Positions 1-12,571 of a DNA stretch of 64,000 bases are shown piece after piece (position 1 is the first letter of the stretch; each line of letters opens with the position of its first letter). The stretch lies in contig OZ024742.1 of NCBI GenBank assembly GCA_964016885.1, forward strand, positions 353,896,001 to 353,960,000, read 5' to 3'. This DNA comes from Eledone cirrhosa. Its lineage: Eukaryota. The position numbers were made by a program, and so were the translations under genes. The notes below the pieces were generated by a model. The model saw only the letters and a list, made by a program, of their open reading frames with translations, did not search any database and was not told where the DNA came from.

Positions 1-7
1 GAATAAC

Positions 8-10
8 AAC

Positions 11-57
<47 letters not shown>
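8..57. repeat. (AAT)n microsatellite
   Basis: Direct trinucleotide run. Confidence 0.95.
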
Positions 58-1100
58 GCATATTTAAACATATAGAACAAATAGAAACCAGTATATAAAG
101 CACTAAACTTGTGAATATTTTTTATATTTAAATTTTGACATTAATATCTTTCTTCTCTGTGTATATAATCTAAACTATAATAAAGTAAGGAGTCCGGTAC
201 TGCGTCCAGAATATATTTTTGTTATCCCAATTGTAAAATAAGTTAGATTACTTTGAATAAATAATGAGTGAATGGTACATAATTTATTTACTAAATTTAG
301 TTATTCTTGATTAAATATAAATCATGTTGTTGCTTATTTCAAGATATACTTCTTTTAAATGTTGAACACTTCCGTTTGGCGCTCGTTTAAATAACCGTCC
401 ATATATTTCCGTCACTAATTTTCTCCTAATGCAATTTATATATAATATCGTCTTTTTGTAATGTTTCATGGATTACTTTACTGATTACATAAGAGAGTGT
501 AACGCAGTCTTCGTTCAATTTCTCTGTATATTGTAGATTACGATTTTATTTCATTTATCATATCTACATAGATATATACTTCCGTATAATATCAATATGC
601 ACCCTACATATGCTAGCAGAAAAACCACCCGTGAATTTTCTGCTAGCATGTAAAGTTTGCACCTGAAGGTTGGTTTTTCTTCTAGTAATTACACTTATAT
701 CACTAGTTAAACATAAGGCTCAAGATAAAAAAAAAAGAAAAAAAGACACAACTCTTTAGAATTTTGAAAATGGTTATTCTGATATGTTTTATTAATAATT
801 TCAATGATTATTTTACGATTTTCTCTATTTTTCTTAACCTACTCCTTTTTTTCATAATAATATCCTTTTGAATATGGCTTTCTCCAAATTAAATGGATCT
901 TGCTTTTATATATTTATATGTGTTTAAAAAATTAAATAATTTCAAAAAATTGTATGAGAATTTAAAGTGAACATGGTACCGTGAATAGTAAGGTAGGCAC
1001 TCAACGATATATGAAATAATTTGCATTTCTTAGTCTCATAAATGCTGTTGTCAATGATTTATCTCCATTACATTACACACACATTAAAATAGCAACATTA

Positions 1101-1169
1101 ACATACACACATACACACACACACGCACACACACGCACACGTACACACGCACACGCACACACACACACA

Positions 1170-1233
<64 letters not shown>

Positions 1234-1247
1234 AATATATATATATA
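1101..1247. repeat. (CA)n/(CACG)n then (TA)n compound microsatellite, representative of dozens of such tracts in the window
   Basis: Direct reading; it explains the poly-CV/YI/HT ORFs. Confidence 0.95.
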
Positions 1248-1490
1248 GGGCGGGGTTGTGATTGAGTGTTTGGATATCAGTTTACAAACAATAAATATAT
1301 ATATCATATATATATATTCATTTTATTAAGTGTTGTTAATCTGGAGTGTCACCAGTTTATCACAGTGTATTCCGAAAAGAACGCTTATAAGTTGACCCTA
1401 TAAAAAGTCTCACTATTTAACCTTAATAAAATTAAAAATAAAATTCAACTTCGTTGCTGAGAATTCCTATCTCTCAGCCGTCAAGCTATA

Positions 1491-1672
1491 TTGTTTCTAC
1501 TTTTGGCACAAGACCAGACATAACCCAGTGCATTACCGGTACTTTAATTTATGGACCCCGTAAGGATGAAGGGTAAAGTTAACCTCGGCGGGATTTGAAC
1601 TGAGAATGGCAAAGTCCGTAACTCTATGCGTCAAAGCATGGTGTCAGACCCTCTACCGTACAGCCAATCCAT
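1491..1672 (-). mobile_element. tRNA-derived SINE (octopod-type)
   Basis: Reverse complement of the 52558-52741 copy; B-box seen as ggatttgaact. Confidence 0.85.
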
Positions 1673-1828
1673 CAGATATATATATGGGGAATCACAGACA
1701 TATACTGATATCAATTGGGGATGGGGAATATATATGCAGGAGAATTATGTCCTTGTATGGAATGCTCCTACATCCATAATATTTAAGTATATATGAAAGT
1801 CTAAATTTAAATGCCGAGTGTTAATATT

Positions 1829-1935
<107 letters not shown>

Positions 1936-2067
1936 ATACTTTGGGAGGGTCATGTTGCCAATAAGAAACACACGCACAAGCTGCTTTCAATTCAATTTAT
2001 AAATTTAGGAATTTATAAATTTCCGGTTGGTTGGTTGGTTCCACAACCAGATGGTTGTTTATATATT

Positions 2068-2110
2068 GTCAAAGTGCTTTCGTCACACATTATGTGACCT
2101 CTTCAGTGGC
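2068..2110 (-). ncRNA. Minimal type I hammerhead ribozyme, family A pLTR
   Basis: GCCA CUGAAGA G GUCACA-UAAUG-UGUGAC GAAAG-CA-CUU UGAC. Confidence 0.7.
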
Positions 2111-2179
2111 TGGGGATTTGTGCTTTGTGTTTTTAATAGAATAAAGTCATGGTATGATAGCAATAAATAGCAGAGTGTA

Positions 2180-2710
2180 ATGTTCATCGATACAACCCCT
2201 AGTGGCGAATTAACCTACACATATAGAAGGGGCCTAGATAAACATAAACTCAATATTAAGATAGTAGAAAGACCAGGTGCCTCCATAAAAATACTTATTA
2301 GCAAGACATACCCTTTTCAAAGACCTCCCTGTATAGATAAGAAATGTATATTCTGTAAATTAAGCCCCATATTAACTGTAAAACTAGAACTGTAGTATAT
2401 AGCATAAGATGTACTGAAGGACAATGTAGAGATAAACATAGAGTGTACATAGGTGAGAGAGCTCGTAGTATAGGGGAACGGATAAATGAACACTGGCGAG
2501 ACCTTCAAGATAGTAAAGAATCATCTGTACTTTACCAACATGCTAAACTAGAACATAAGGGTAAATTAGAGAACATAGAAATAAAAATAGAATCTACACA
2601 CAGAAAAGACGCAATGTTTAGACAAATCACAGAGGCAATACACATAAATGAATTACAACCAAAATTAAATAGAAAACATGAGTAGAACAGCAACATCACA
2701 ACTTACAATT
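2180..2710 (+). pseudogene. PLE GIY-YIG endonuclease fragment, frameshifted
   Basis: ORFs 2180-2395 and 2443-2685; Cys-rich linker CIDKKCIFCK followed by YIGE motif. Confidence 0.85.
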
Positions 2711-2929
2711 AAGGACAAAATGAAAACACACACGCACATAGAACAAACAACCAACCAGTAACATGTAAATAAACAAATAAATAAACGAATATAAACACAC
2801 ACAGGCCCCTTCTCAATGTGTAAGATAATTCACCACTAGGAGGTTGTATCGATGAACATTACACTCAGGTATTTATTGCTATCATACCATGAGTTTATTA
2901 TATTAAAAAAACAAAGACAAAAATCTCCA

Positions 2930-2972
2930 GCCACTGAAGAGGTCACAGAATGTGTGACGAAAGCATTTTGAC
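2930..2972 (+). ncRNA. Minimal type I hammerhead ribozyme, family A pLTR
   Basis: CTGAAGA 2934-2940; stem II GTCACA/TGTGAC; GAAA; tiny stem III; TGAC. The homologue at 18661-18705 restores stem I as GTCA/TGAC. Confidence 0.7.
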
Positions 2973-3186
2973 TATATATAAACAACCATCTGGTTGTGGA
3001 ACCAACCAACCAACCAACCGGAAATGTATAAGTTCATAGATTTATAAATGTATTATAATAAATTGAAGTGAAACCATCTAGTGCGTGTGTTTCTTATTGG
3101 CATCATGACCCTTCCAAAGTATAACAATATCGGTTTCAACACACGTTTTCAGATAAAGAATCTTGCTAAACAAATTCAGAAACGAA

Positions 3187-3264
<78 letters not shown>

Positions 3265-3267
<3 letters not shown>

Positions 3268-4710
3268 TAATTTAATATAACTACTAACATAAGCGCTCAG
3301 ATGTACGCTAATGCCAGCAAATACACAGGTTATGTCATAGTACCTAGGTGGTCCAATGCAGGAGAATGCAGAACAATAATATAAAAGACGTAAAATAAGA
3401 AAATTTAAAAAAAAAAAATTTTTTTTAAATTTACTTACTTACTTAAATTTTCACTCCAACTAATTAATTTCTGCAATGGGATAAAGACAGTTACGTAATG
3501 AACTGTTGATAATTTCATTGCGTCATCAGGGAGGTCATTCTCAGCCGAGTCTCCAGGCGATGCGCGGACACTGGAGACTCATATAAAAATAATAATAATT
3601 CGGTAAATGGAACAGCTATCGAGGACTGGATTCCAGCTACCGAAAATTCTCACTGCTACTGATCATATGGCCGATTCTAAAGAATCAATCACGTGACACA
3701 GAGGCTAGTCAGTAGGAATGGGATGGTAAGATGACAGGCACCTACTAACACCCCCAAAAAATTTAGAAGTGGTTTTGGCAGGTTTACTCGACAAATCAGT
3801 GATTTGGAGATAAATATAGATAATTTTATATATCTACTAACATAAGCGCACAGATGTACGCTAATGCCAGCAAATACACAGGTTATGTCATAGTACCTAG
3901 GTTGTTTAATGCAGGAGAATGCAGAACAATAATATAAAAGACGTAAAATATTATTATTATTTTTATATGATTCCCCAGTGTCCGCGCATCGCCTGGAGAC
4001 TCGGCTGAGAATGACCTCCCTGATGACGCAATGAAATTCTCAATAGTTCATTACGTAACTGTCTTTATCCCATTGCAGAAACTAATTAGTTGGAGTGAAA
4101 ATTTAAGTAAGTAAATTTAAACAAAATTTTTTTTTTTTTAATTTTCTTATTTTACGTCTTTTATATTATTGTTCTGCATTCTCCTGCATTGAACCACCTA
4201 GGTACTATGACATAACCTGTGTATTTGCTGGCATTAGCGTACATCTGTGCGCTTATGTTAGTAGATATATTAATCATCTATATTTATCTCCAAATCACTG
4301 ATTTGTCGAGCAAACCTGCCAAAACCACTTCTAAATTTTGTTTGGAGGTGTTAGTAGGCGCCTGTCATCTAACCATCCCATTCCTACTGACTAGCCTCTG
4401 TGTCACGTGATTGATTCTTTAGAATCGGCCATATGATCAGTAGCAGTGAGAATTTTCGGTAGCTGGAATTCAGTCCTCGATAGCTGTTCCATTTACTGAA
4501 TTATTATTATTTTTATATGAGTCCCCAGTCTCCGCGCATCGCCCTGAGACTCGGCTGAGAATGACCTCCCTGATGACGCAATGAAATTCTCAACAGTTCA
4601 TTACGTAACTGTCTTTATCCCATTGCAGAAACTAATTAGTTGGAGTGAAAATTTAAGTAAGTAAGTAAATTTTTCAAAAAAATTGTTTACAAAAATGTTC
4701 TTATTTTATG

Positions 4711-4718
<8 letters not shown>
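3265..4718. mobile_element. ORF-less ~550-bp HHR-bearing repeat (family D): 1.25 units on minus, then 1.4 units on plus; retrozyme-like
   Basis: agataatt...ctactaacataagcgc recurs at 3265 and 3819; ttattattatttttatatga recurs at 3951 and 4501; the halves are reverse complements; (TA)n on both flanks. Confidence 0.85.
4010..4052 (+). ncRNA. Minimal HHR-like motif, family D (also 4560-4602 plus, 3497-3539 minus)
   Basis: CTGATGA-C-GCAA-T-GAAA-TTCTC with distal stem I AATGACCT/AGTTCATT; the proximal stem I is imperfect. Confidence 0.5.
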
Positions 4719-4762
<44 letters not shown>

Positions 4763-5738
4763 CGAGAGAGATTGGGAACGAAGGAGAAATACACCTGACC
4801 GTGATGCCAAGCGGTTTCGATATGCGGTATGCAAGTTTTAGCAAGCGTGTACATACATCAAAGCCTTGCTGAGAACACGATATCGTAGTTTATCGTAGGG
4901 GACACATCTGAAATGTGCTACATAGTCAGAAGGAGCCTAGATACGAGTATTTGTAAAGCGTTCTCCTTCTCCACACTGCCTTGTCTGCACCTGTGTATAT
5001 TTACAATCGTTTAAGAAACATCTCATTTTTAACCTTATTTCATTATTTCTATTGTTCTATTTCTATATCTAACCATCTGAATTCATTTCTTACATTAAAT
5101 TCCCCGAGTTGGAATTTATTGTATATTGGCAGCTGGCAACATCCGAATTTATAACAAACTGTGAGTAATTTTCTATTTTCCCGTAATAGGTACGTCATTT
5201 GATTTGTATATATTTCTCTCATATTAACCGCAACATTATTTCCTTTATTTTGTTATATTTTCTTTTGTACCATTTTTGGATTATTATTTTTTCTGTATTC
5301 TCATATTTTTTTCAATTTATCGCTCACTCTCGCATTTCTGCCATTTTTAATCTCCTTCTTTGTATCTCAAGCTCTTTGTATCTCACAACATGATACATAA
5401 ACACGCATGTTTCAGCTAATTACTAATTTTATCTCAATGCTGCATAGTTTATATGTTCAACAAAAGCTCTTTTTCATATTACCTTAGGCAGTTTACGAGA
5501 ACTTATACATCTCTTCTCTCATCTATTATTTGTTTGTCCTCTCATTTCACGTCTGACCCAACTGGAGCATCTGTTACTTCACCATTGCTGAAAGAACACA
5601 TTCCACTATTCAGGCGTTCCATCTATATGCTACATATTTTTTTCTGTATTTCGCCATTCTTTGCTTTAATGTTTACTTTTCTCTATTATTGTCTTCCTAT
5701 AGAGCAATGAGTCATATTGACGTCATCTAAAACTGTAT

Positions 5739-6032
5739 ACATTTTCCTGCTTCCCGATTAAGACTAGCTATATCCAAACCCGACCAAACATTTTCCAGCT
5801 TCCCGATTAAGACTAGCTATATCCAAACCCGACCAAACATTTTCCAGCTTCCCGATTAAGACTAGCTATATCCAAACCCGACCAAACATTTTCCAGCTTC
5901 CCGATTAAGACTAGCTATATCCAAACCCGACCAAACATTTTCCTGCTTCCCGATTAAGACTAGCTATATCCAAACCCGACCAAACATTTTCCAGCTTCCC
6001 GATTAAGACTAGCTATATCCAAACCCGACCAA
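5739..6032. repeat. 49-bp minisatellite, 6 copies
   Basis: Unit acattttccWgcttcccgattaagactagctatatccaaacccgaccaa at 5739, 5788, 5837, 5886, 5935 and 5984. Confidence 0.97.
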
Positions 6033-6880
6033 ACCTTAGTTTCTTCTATGGCAACCGATGGCGGTGCTTTAGAAAGTAATGAAATCTAATCTGATATAAA
6101 TCCTGAAATATAAAAGCATGTCATCTGACTGCTTGCCAAATCACTTCTCAAGTTTCATTGTCAGTTCTATATCCCATTATAACATTACATTTGCCAAACT
6201 AGAAGACTGATGCTATTTGACAAACACCATATTTTATTTCCTTCTTAGGAATCTAATACAGCAATGTTCTCCCATTATAACAATAATTTATTTAAATAAT
6301 TCTCATAAGATATTTGTAATATTAATTCTCTCTAAGATTTTAAGGTGCTGTCTTCTTTATCTTTTGACATGTACATTTATTCCCTTTTCTTCTTATGATT
6401 TGCATGGTTTTATTATTGATATCTTCAGTTTTATACTATTTCTTATCGTCGAGGAGTATACTAATATTTAGTTCAGGATTTAGAAATTGTTAACTTTCAG
6501 CTCGACAAGATATATAACAGAACACGGATCTATTAATGTCCAGGTCTGCAACTAAGATCCACAACAACACTTTGTTAAAGCTACACCTAAAGAAAAGCCT
6601 GTATGTTAACCGTGAATCTATTAGACATCATAGTCAGTCGTGCATCTATATAACAGCATTGTTTATTCAATATATAAGATGTAACTTAGAATATAAACAC
6701 ACTAAATATGACGTTGTGAGAGCTGAAGAATATCTATGAATAATTCTCATCGATGAAATTTGCCATATATTTAAACAGCCACTGCAACAAAAAACAACAT
6801 TGATAATGTCTATAATAACATTATTAAAAATCATATCATTTACTACAAATATAGTTTGAGTATAAATAACACTAATTACA

Positions 6881-7070
6881 GGGCGTGGATTGGAAGTATC
6901 AGTAGAGTGTCGGACACCATACTTTGCATCAAAGAGTTACGGCCTTTTGCAGTCTGAATTCAAATCCCGCAGAGGGTAACTTTGCCTTTCGTCCTAACGG
7001 GGTCGATAAAATAAAGTACCAGTAATACACTGAGATAATTGCTAGCCTTGTGCCAAAAGTAGTAACAATT
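6881..7070 (+). mobile_element. tRNA-derived SINE
   Basis: Same family as 52558-52741; gaattcaaatccc B-box. Confidence 0.85.
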
Positions 7071-7995
7071 CATTGCAGGGCGAACAAATTGTTGCGAACA
7101 AATTGTTGCCACTGGATAATTCAGCTGTCGACATTTGATGTTTTTTAAGCTCCAACGACGTCGGGAAACATAAAATCATCACCACTTTATTTATTATAAG
7201 CGCCTCTCCTGATCAACATTCAGAAATATGAGCAGCAAAGCTCTATTTGATGTTTAACATAAATGGATATCACAAAGGTGCACATAACACATACGTTGAG
7301 AAATATGAAAGGTATATGAATTTCGCTGTGAGGTCCATATAGGCAGTGTTGTATTTTAAACATCTGCTATAAATTAAAATCAACATGCAGATATTCGTGT
7401 CGATATCTTTTTACCAAACTTCTATGATTGTAACTTATTTGATAAGATAGCGTAAAACATTTCTACAATTGCATTAAATCACCTAAAACGATCTCTTCGC
7501 AATGTATAAAATGTTTGACTTAAGGTGACGGACATCGCTGCAGCTAACATGACATTATAAATGATACATTTTACCTGTATCTAAATTCGGCTAGAAACAC
7601 CGTATTGCAAACTTACGATGGGGATTTATGTGGTGTAGCTAAAAATGGCAGTATTCTAAATGCAATATATAAATGTCGAAGACAGAAAATTATCAATTGT
7701 TACGATTATTTAAGAGGAAATGAATTTGAAAAATTTCATTACGAAGCATGAAGAAGTATATGACCGGTGATAAATGTATGACATAACAAGGGAAAGGTAG
7801 AAATATTGATCAGAAGAATCTGCGGCAAAAGCCTCGTCTAAGAATATAGTAAATACATTGGTAGAATTATGTATTCCTAGAAATACGTGTAATGTCTCTT
7901 ATATGTGAAGTTGACGATAGCTTATGGGAATTTTACATAGAAATGTGTTACATGGGGGGGGGGGTCACGAGTGCACACTATTCATGTATTTGAGA

Positions 7996-8380
7996 CTATT
8001 CAACAGTATTCGTAATATAATCGGCTTGTCTCCCAACAGCCCCGGAGGACAGAATAGCGAAGGCGATTCCTCGGAGGAAGGCAAGGGAGACGCGCTGGAA
8101 AAGCCACACCACCTCGTGGGGATCACACCTGTGGCTGGCCAGCTCAGCGCCTATGGTGGTGAGTAGGGAGGTAGCCCTAGGGCCGAGGACACCAGAAGTC
8201 TCCACAGCCAAGTGTACGACCGGAAATCTGTCGGAGAGCGACCGGTATTTGAGGAGTGTCCTCCTCAGCTCGATGTGCAGCAGAACCTGGGTTAGTCGCA
8301 GACTGCTCCAGGTTGCCGCTGCAGAAGGTGTCGGTGCAAGTGGTATCCCAGACGAAGGGTTTGCCCCACCGGAGCCTCTA
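7996..8380 (-). pseudogene. 3' fragment of a CRE-like non-LTR retrotransposon (restriction-like endonuclease C-terminus)
   Basis: KYRSL..FPVVHLAVETSGVLG...IGAEL...DP...LFQRVSLAFLRGIAFAIL matches the KY...AVET.G..G...QR.S.A.QRGNA pattern; GC-rich island. Confidence 0.75.
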
Positions 8381-8757
8381 TGTAATATTCTGACCATCAG
8401 ATTTCATCCATAGTTGTATAATGCAGTATATCGTACTAAATATTTTATCTGATTAATCGTGATGTCATCAGAAAATAGAGAAACTGACATTTAGTGGTAA
8501 CTGGTATTAACATGGAAGAGGGCAAGTCAGAATTGACGTTAAAATATACAAATATGACAATGTATATAGCAACACAGATAATAATGTTGAATTCACCTCA
8601 CATCACTATAGAAGCATAAGCAGTCAATAAAGGATAAAACCTTTCCCTATGGAATGTAACTGGACTTCAATTTGACGTAATGCCAATGCAAATCCCTTTC
8701 CTTTCACGTAATGCATATAAGGAATGAACAAAGCAATTATGGATAATAGCTGTGTGT

Positions 8758-9570
8758 ATCCAGGGTGTTTCAGAAATCGCGATAGATTTTAACCACGGTC
8801 TATTGTATTATATATATAAGACACTTAACACTATAACGTCATATTATTCGCTGGCCATAGAGATTCGTGTGTTTAGTAGAATTTACATATCACTTTTGTC
8901 TATTCATGACAAAAGGGCAATGCGGTATTGTTATAACTAAGAGAAGTACAAAGGTTCTTGTGCTAATATAACAGACAAACACATCCCAAATAACACTCAA
9001 TAAATTTTACAAAATTTTGAAAACATTTGGTAATATTGAACTAATGTAAACGGAAACATTGTTGATGTGTGAATTTTCAGCATTCCCAGGTTTTTAAGTA
9101 GCTGTGACCGTACATCCTACTCTCACTTTATACTCCATATAATATTCAGGAATTTCTCGAATGTAAAGTGATATGTTTCATAGCTCATATTCCGATAGAC
9201 ACACTCCTTTAAAGCGCTGTCATGAACACATTCTAATCATTTATTAGGAAATATGAAAACCATCATGTGATGAATTTCGCAAATAAATTTACCACGTGTA
9301 AACATTTAGATTTAAAATTTAAAAAAAATAATTCGGCACGGAGTTGGTTACGTGCAGGTTTAAGCCCCCCGATCAGGAATGGTTATTCTAAACATCATCC
9401 GGGAAAAGGCCTTCTCTATTCTATACAGATAAGTATAGACATTTCGTATTTCTAATGAAATACCGTCTGTTTATAGGCATGTTAACGGTATGATGTTTGC
9501 ATAGCTACGGCTTTCAAAATGTTTAATTGTAAACATATCGCGTTTTCTTAGAAATACAAAATTTCTATAC
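8758..9570 (+). mobile_element. Possible very old Tc1/mariner-superfamily remnant
   Basis: cagggtgttt TIR-like start and faint HTH and P.SP.L-like traces; no clean ORF or second TIR confirmed. Confidence 0.25.
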
Positions 9571-9866
9571 ATATCAGTTATGCATGTGGCTAAATCCTAA
9601 TTGTATTCTATTATGTGTTGAGTAAGCTTATGCAGCTTCATACGCAAATGACATTAATCACCTCGGTTACATAGGTGACAAAACTATATATTCTCGCCTG
9701 TTTTCAAGTCTAGCAGTTGCAAGTGTGATGAAGATCTGTTAAGTACGAAATGCATCGACGATTGTGCCCCTTGCTTCTGCTGGACACCACCAGAGTGCGT
9801 CAGCTCCGGTGCTTTATGCATAGGTACGGCTTTCTAAATGCTTACCTGTAAACATACCTCTGTATA

Positions 9867-9972
<106 letters not shown>

Positions 9973-10299
9973 TGTGTGTGTGTGTGTGTGTGTGTGCGTG
10001 TGTGGGTGTCGGATGGTAGCTGAGATGCTTCCATAGGCGGTATACCGGTTGAGTACTCTATGCTCTTACAGAGCAGAGTATGTTATAAAATAAAACAAAC
10101 AACCAGTAATGCCCCTGAACTCAGTTTATTGTGTGTTACAATTCTTTCGCCGGCGGACAGCTCGAGACACGATCATTGTGTGGATCCGTTTGATTCTAAA
10201 CCCGCAGTTTCGACGGACACCTCTAATGATTTCAGAGTTGTCCCCCGGCGAACAATAAATTGAGTTCAGTTGCATCACTGATTTTTCATTCTATATTAA

Positions 10300-10334
<35 letters not shown>

Positions 10335-10413
10335 ATATTTAAAGAAAAAGAGATGAAATCGAAAATGCAACTGGAGTCTTATTTTTTTTTTAAATATATA
10401 TATTTATTTGGTT

Positions 10414-10451
10414 CCTTTACCGGTTTCGCAGTTCTTCTGCTTTTCAAAAGG
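10414..10451 (-). ncRNA. Minimal type I HHR, U3-A8 core variant
   Basis: CCUU UUGAAAA GCAG-AAGAA-CUGC GAAAC-CG-GUA AAGG; palindromic stem III ACCGGU. Confidence 0.8.
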
Positions 10452-10473
10452 TGAGTTGAGATGGAGGGTCTGT

Positions 10474-10545
<72 letters not shown>

Positions 10546-10559
10546 TTTTAATATAGATG

Positions 10560-10611
10560 AGATTCTACAGGACTAGAAACTGTTTCACTTTTTAGAAATC
10601 ATCAGGAATCT
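10560..10611 (-). ncRNA. Type I HHR in an inverted pLTR-like segment
   Basis: AGAUUC CUGAUGA (weak stem II) GAAACAG-loop-CUGUA GAAUCU; stem I 6 bp, stem III 4 bp. Confidence 0.75.
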
Positions 10612-10765
10612 AGCTGTCCAAAATAAATGTTGTGGTATTTATATATTTTCATGTGGTAGAAGAGGGTGGGGAGTGTGATGGGTGGAGGTCATTGGTTGAA
10701 AGAAAAGGGAATTCATTAAAAGCTACTTCTTTAAGGCTATCATTTATATTTGGAGGGACAAAGGA

Positions 10766-11946
10766 ATGGGAGTGAGTGACTCGGCTGAAATAAGCGACCT
10801 TGTGGGCATCTACATTTTACATCACCTGAAAAACATCTTTACTGGTAACCGGAGGTTTATACAGTGACGGCGGCCTCTTTGCCCTGCACAAGGTTACCAC
10901 CAGCACCACCATTGGTTTTCTGAGAGACTTAAGCTCATTCTTTCGTAATCTAGGATTTAGTATAACTATAGAATCTAATATTACTAGGGCCAACTATTTA
11001 GATGTCACTCTCGACCTAGATACTCCTTTCTATTACCCGTACCACAAACCCAATGAGTCCCTTAGATATATTAATGTTAATTCTAACTAGCCCCAAAACA
11101 TCACTGATAACTTAGTAAAAAGCGTCTCTATTAAAATCTCTGGCCTCTCGGCCAATGGAGATATATTTAGCGCCTTCGCCTCCCACTACAATGAAGCCCT
11201 CGCCCGCAGCAGATTTAAAGAAAAGATAACCTACCTAGAAACCACCGCAAGACCGCATAGGAGGAATAGTCATAGGCAGATTAGCAGCTACTACCCTCCC
11301 TTCAATAGAGAGGTCTCTAAACCTATAGCTAGGATTTTCTTCACTTTGCTGAACACACACTTCCCCATACAATATAGGTACTACACCATCTTTAATAAGA
11401 ACACAATAAGACTCTCCTACTCCACTACATCTAACCTAGCTAGGATTATAGCCAATCACGATTCTAAAAAATTAAATAAGCCAACCATCTCCGAACCCAA
11501 TACCGGGACTGAGACCTTGTGTAATTGCCTAAATAAGGAAGCCTGCCCACTTGAAAACAAATGCCTGACAAATGATATCGTATACAAATGCGATGTCATC
11601 TCAGGCACCGATGATTGCAACAACAAAAAGACTTACATCGGCATGACTTCCCATAATGCTTAAGACCCGGTGCTATGCCCACACCCACTCCTTCAGGAGA
11701 CCTGACAAATCAAAACAGACAACACTCACCTCCTTTGTTTGGGACCTCAAAATGAACTCCACCCACTTCACGCTTAAATGGAAAATACTCCAGGAAGCGG
11801 GCTCATACAACGGAGGACACAAGTGCTGCGACCTTTGTATCTCAGAGAGCTACGAAATATTATTCGCCCAGGGCCCGCTACTGAAAAACTCGCTGAACAC
11901 TGCCCGAACTGCATACACAAAAATGTGCAACTTTCAAATAACTTAA
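10766..11946 (+). pseudogene. 5'-truncated PLE (Naiad-like lineage): RT C-terminus plus GIY-YIG, decayed
   Basis: MGVSDSAEISDLVG; GGLYSDGGL (decayed YRDD); CNCLNKEACPLENKCL..IVYKC; YIGMT; CDLC; frameshifts. Confidence 0.88.
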
Positions 11947-12374
11947 GCCAGTGTAAATGCCCGATGGCTAAAAACCACATTCCCTTTCTTTCTTTTCTTC
12001 TTTTGTTAACGCCACCCGACAAAATAGCCCCTCTACCTCCTTTCCACCCCACCCCTACGCCTTCTCAACCTGAAACACCGCACTATGGTTATGTATGTAC
12101 CTCTTACCTATCTGCATTTTCTGCTTGTAGAGCTGTTTTTGTGTGACCGTGTATATGTATATATTTATAAGTACATGTGTGTATGTATTTGTATGAGTGG
12201 CCGTTCGTTTGTATGCGTATCGGTGTGTGTACCTGCGGTCATATGTACCTGCATATTGGTATGTATGTGTATGTTTGTGTGTATATATATATATACACAC
12301 ATATATATATATGTGTGTGTATATATACATATATATATATATATGTATATATACACACATATATATAAATATGA

Positions 12375-12439
<65 letters not shown>

Positions 12440-12486
12440 TGTATGTATATGTATAGATGTATGTATTTTGTGTGTATATATGTGTA

Positions 12487-12571
<85 letters not shown>

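Noticed and set aside
4793-4866. HHR-like motif on minus (GAAACCG...CGGUC)
   Set aside because: The 3' half is good, but the 5' core (UUGAUGU) and stem I are too degenerate to call.
5739-6032. CRISPR-like array
   Set aside because: Head-to-tail identical units with no unique spacers, no cas genes and a eukaryotic context.
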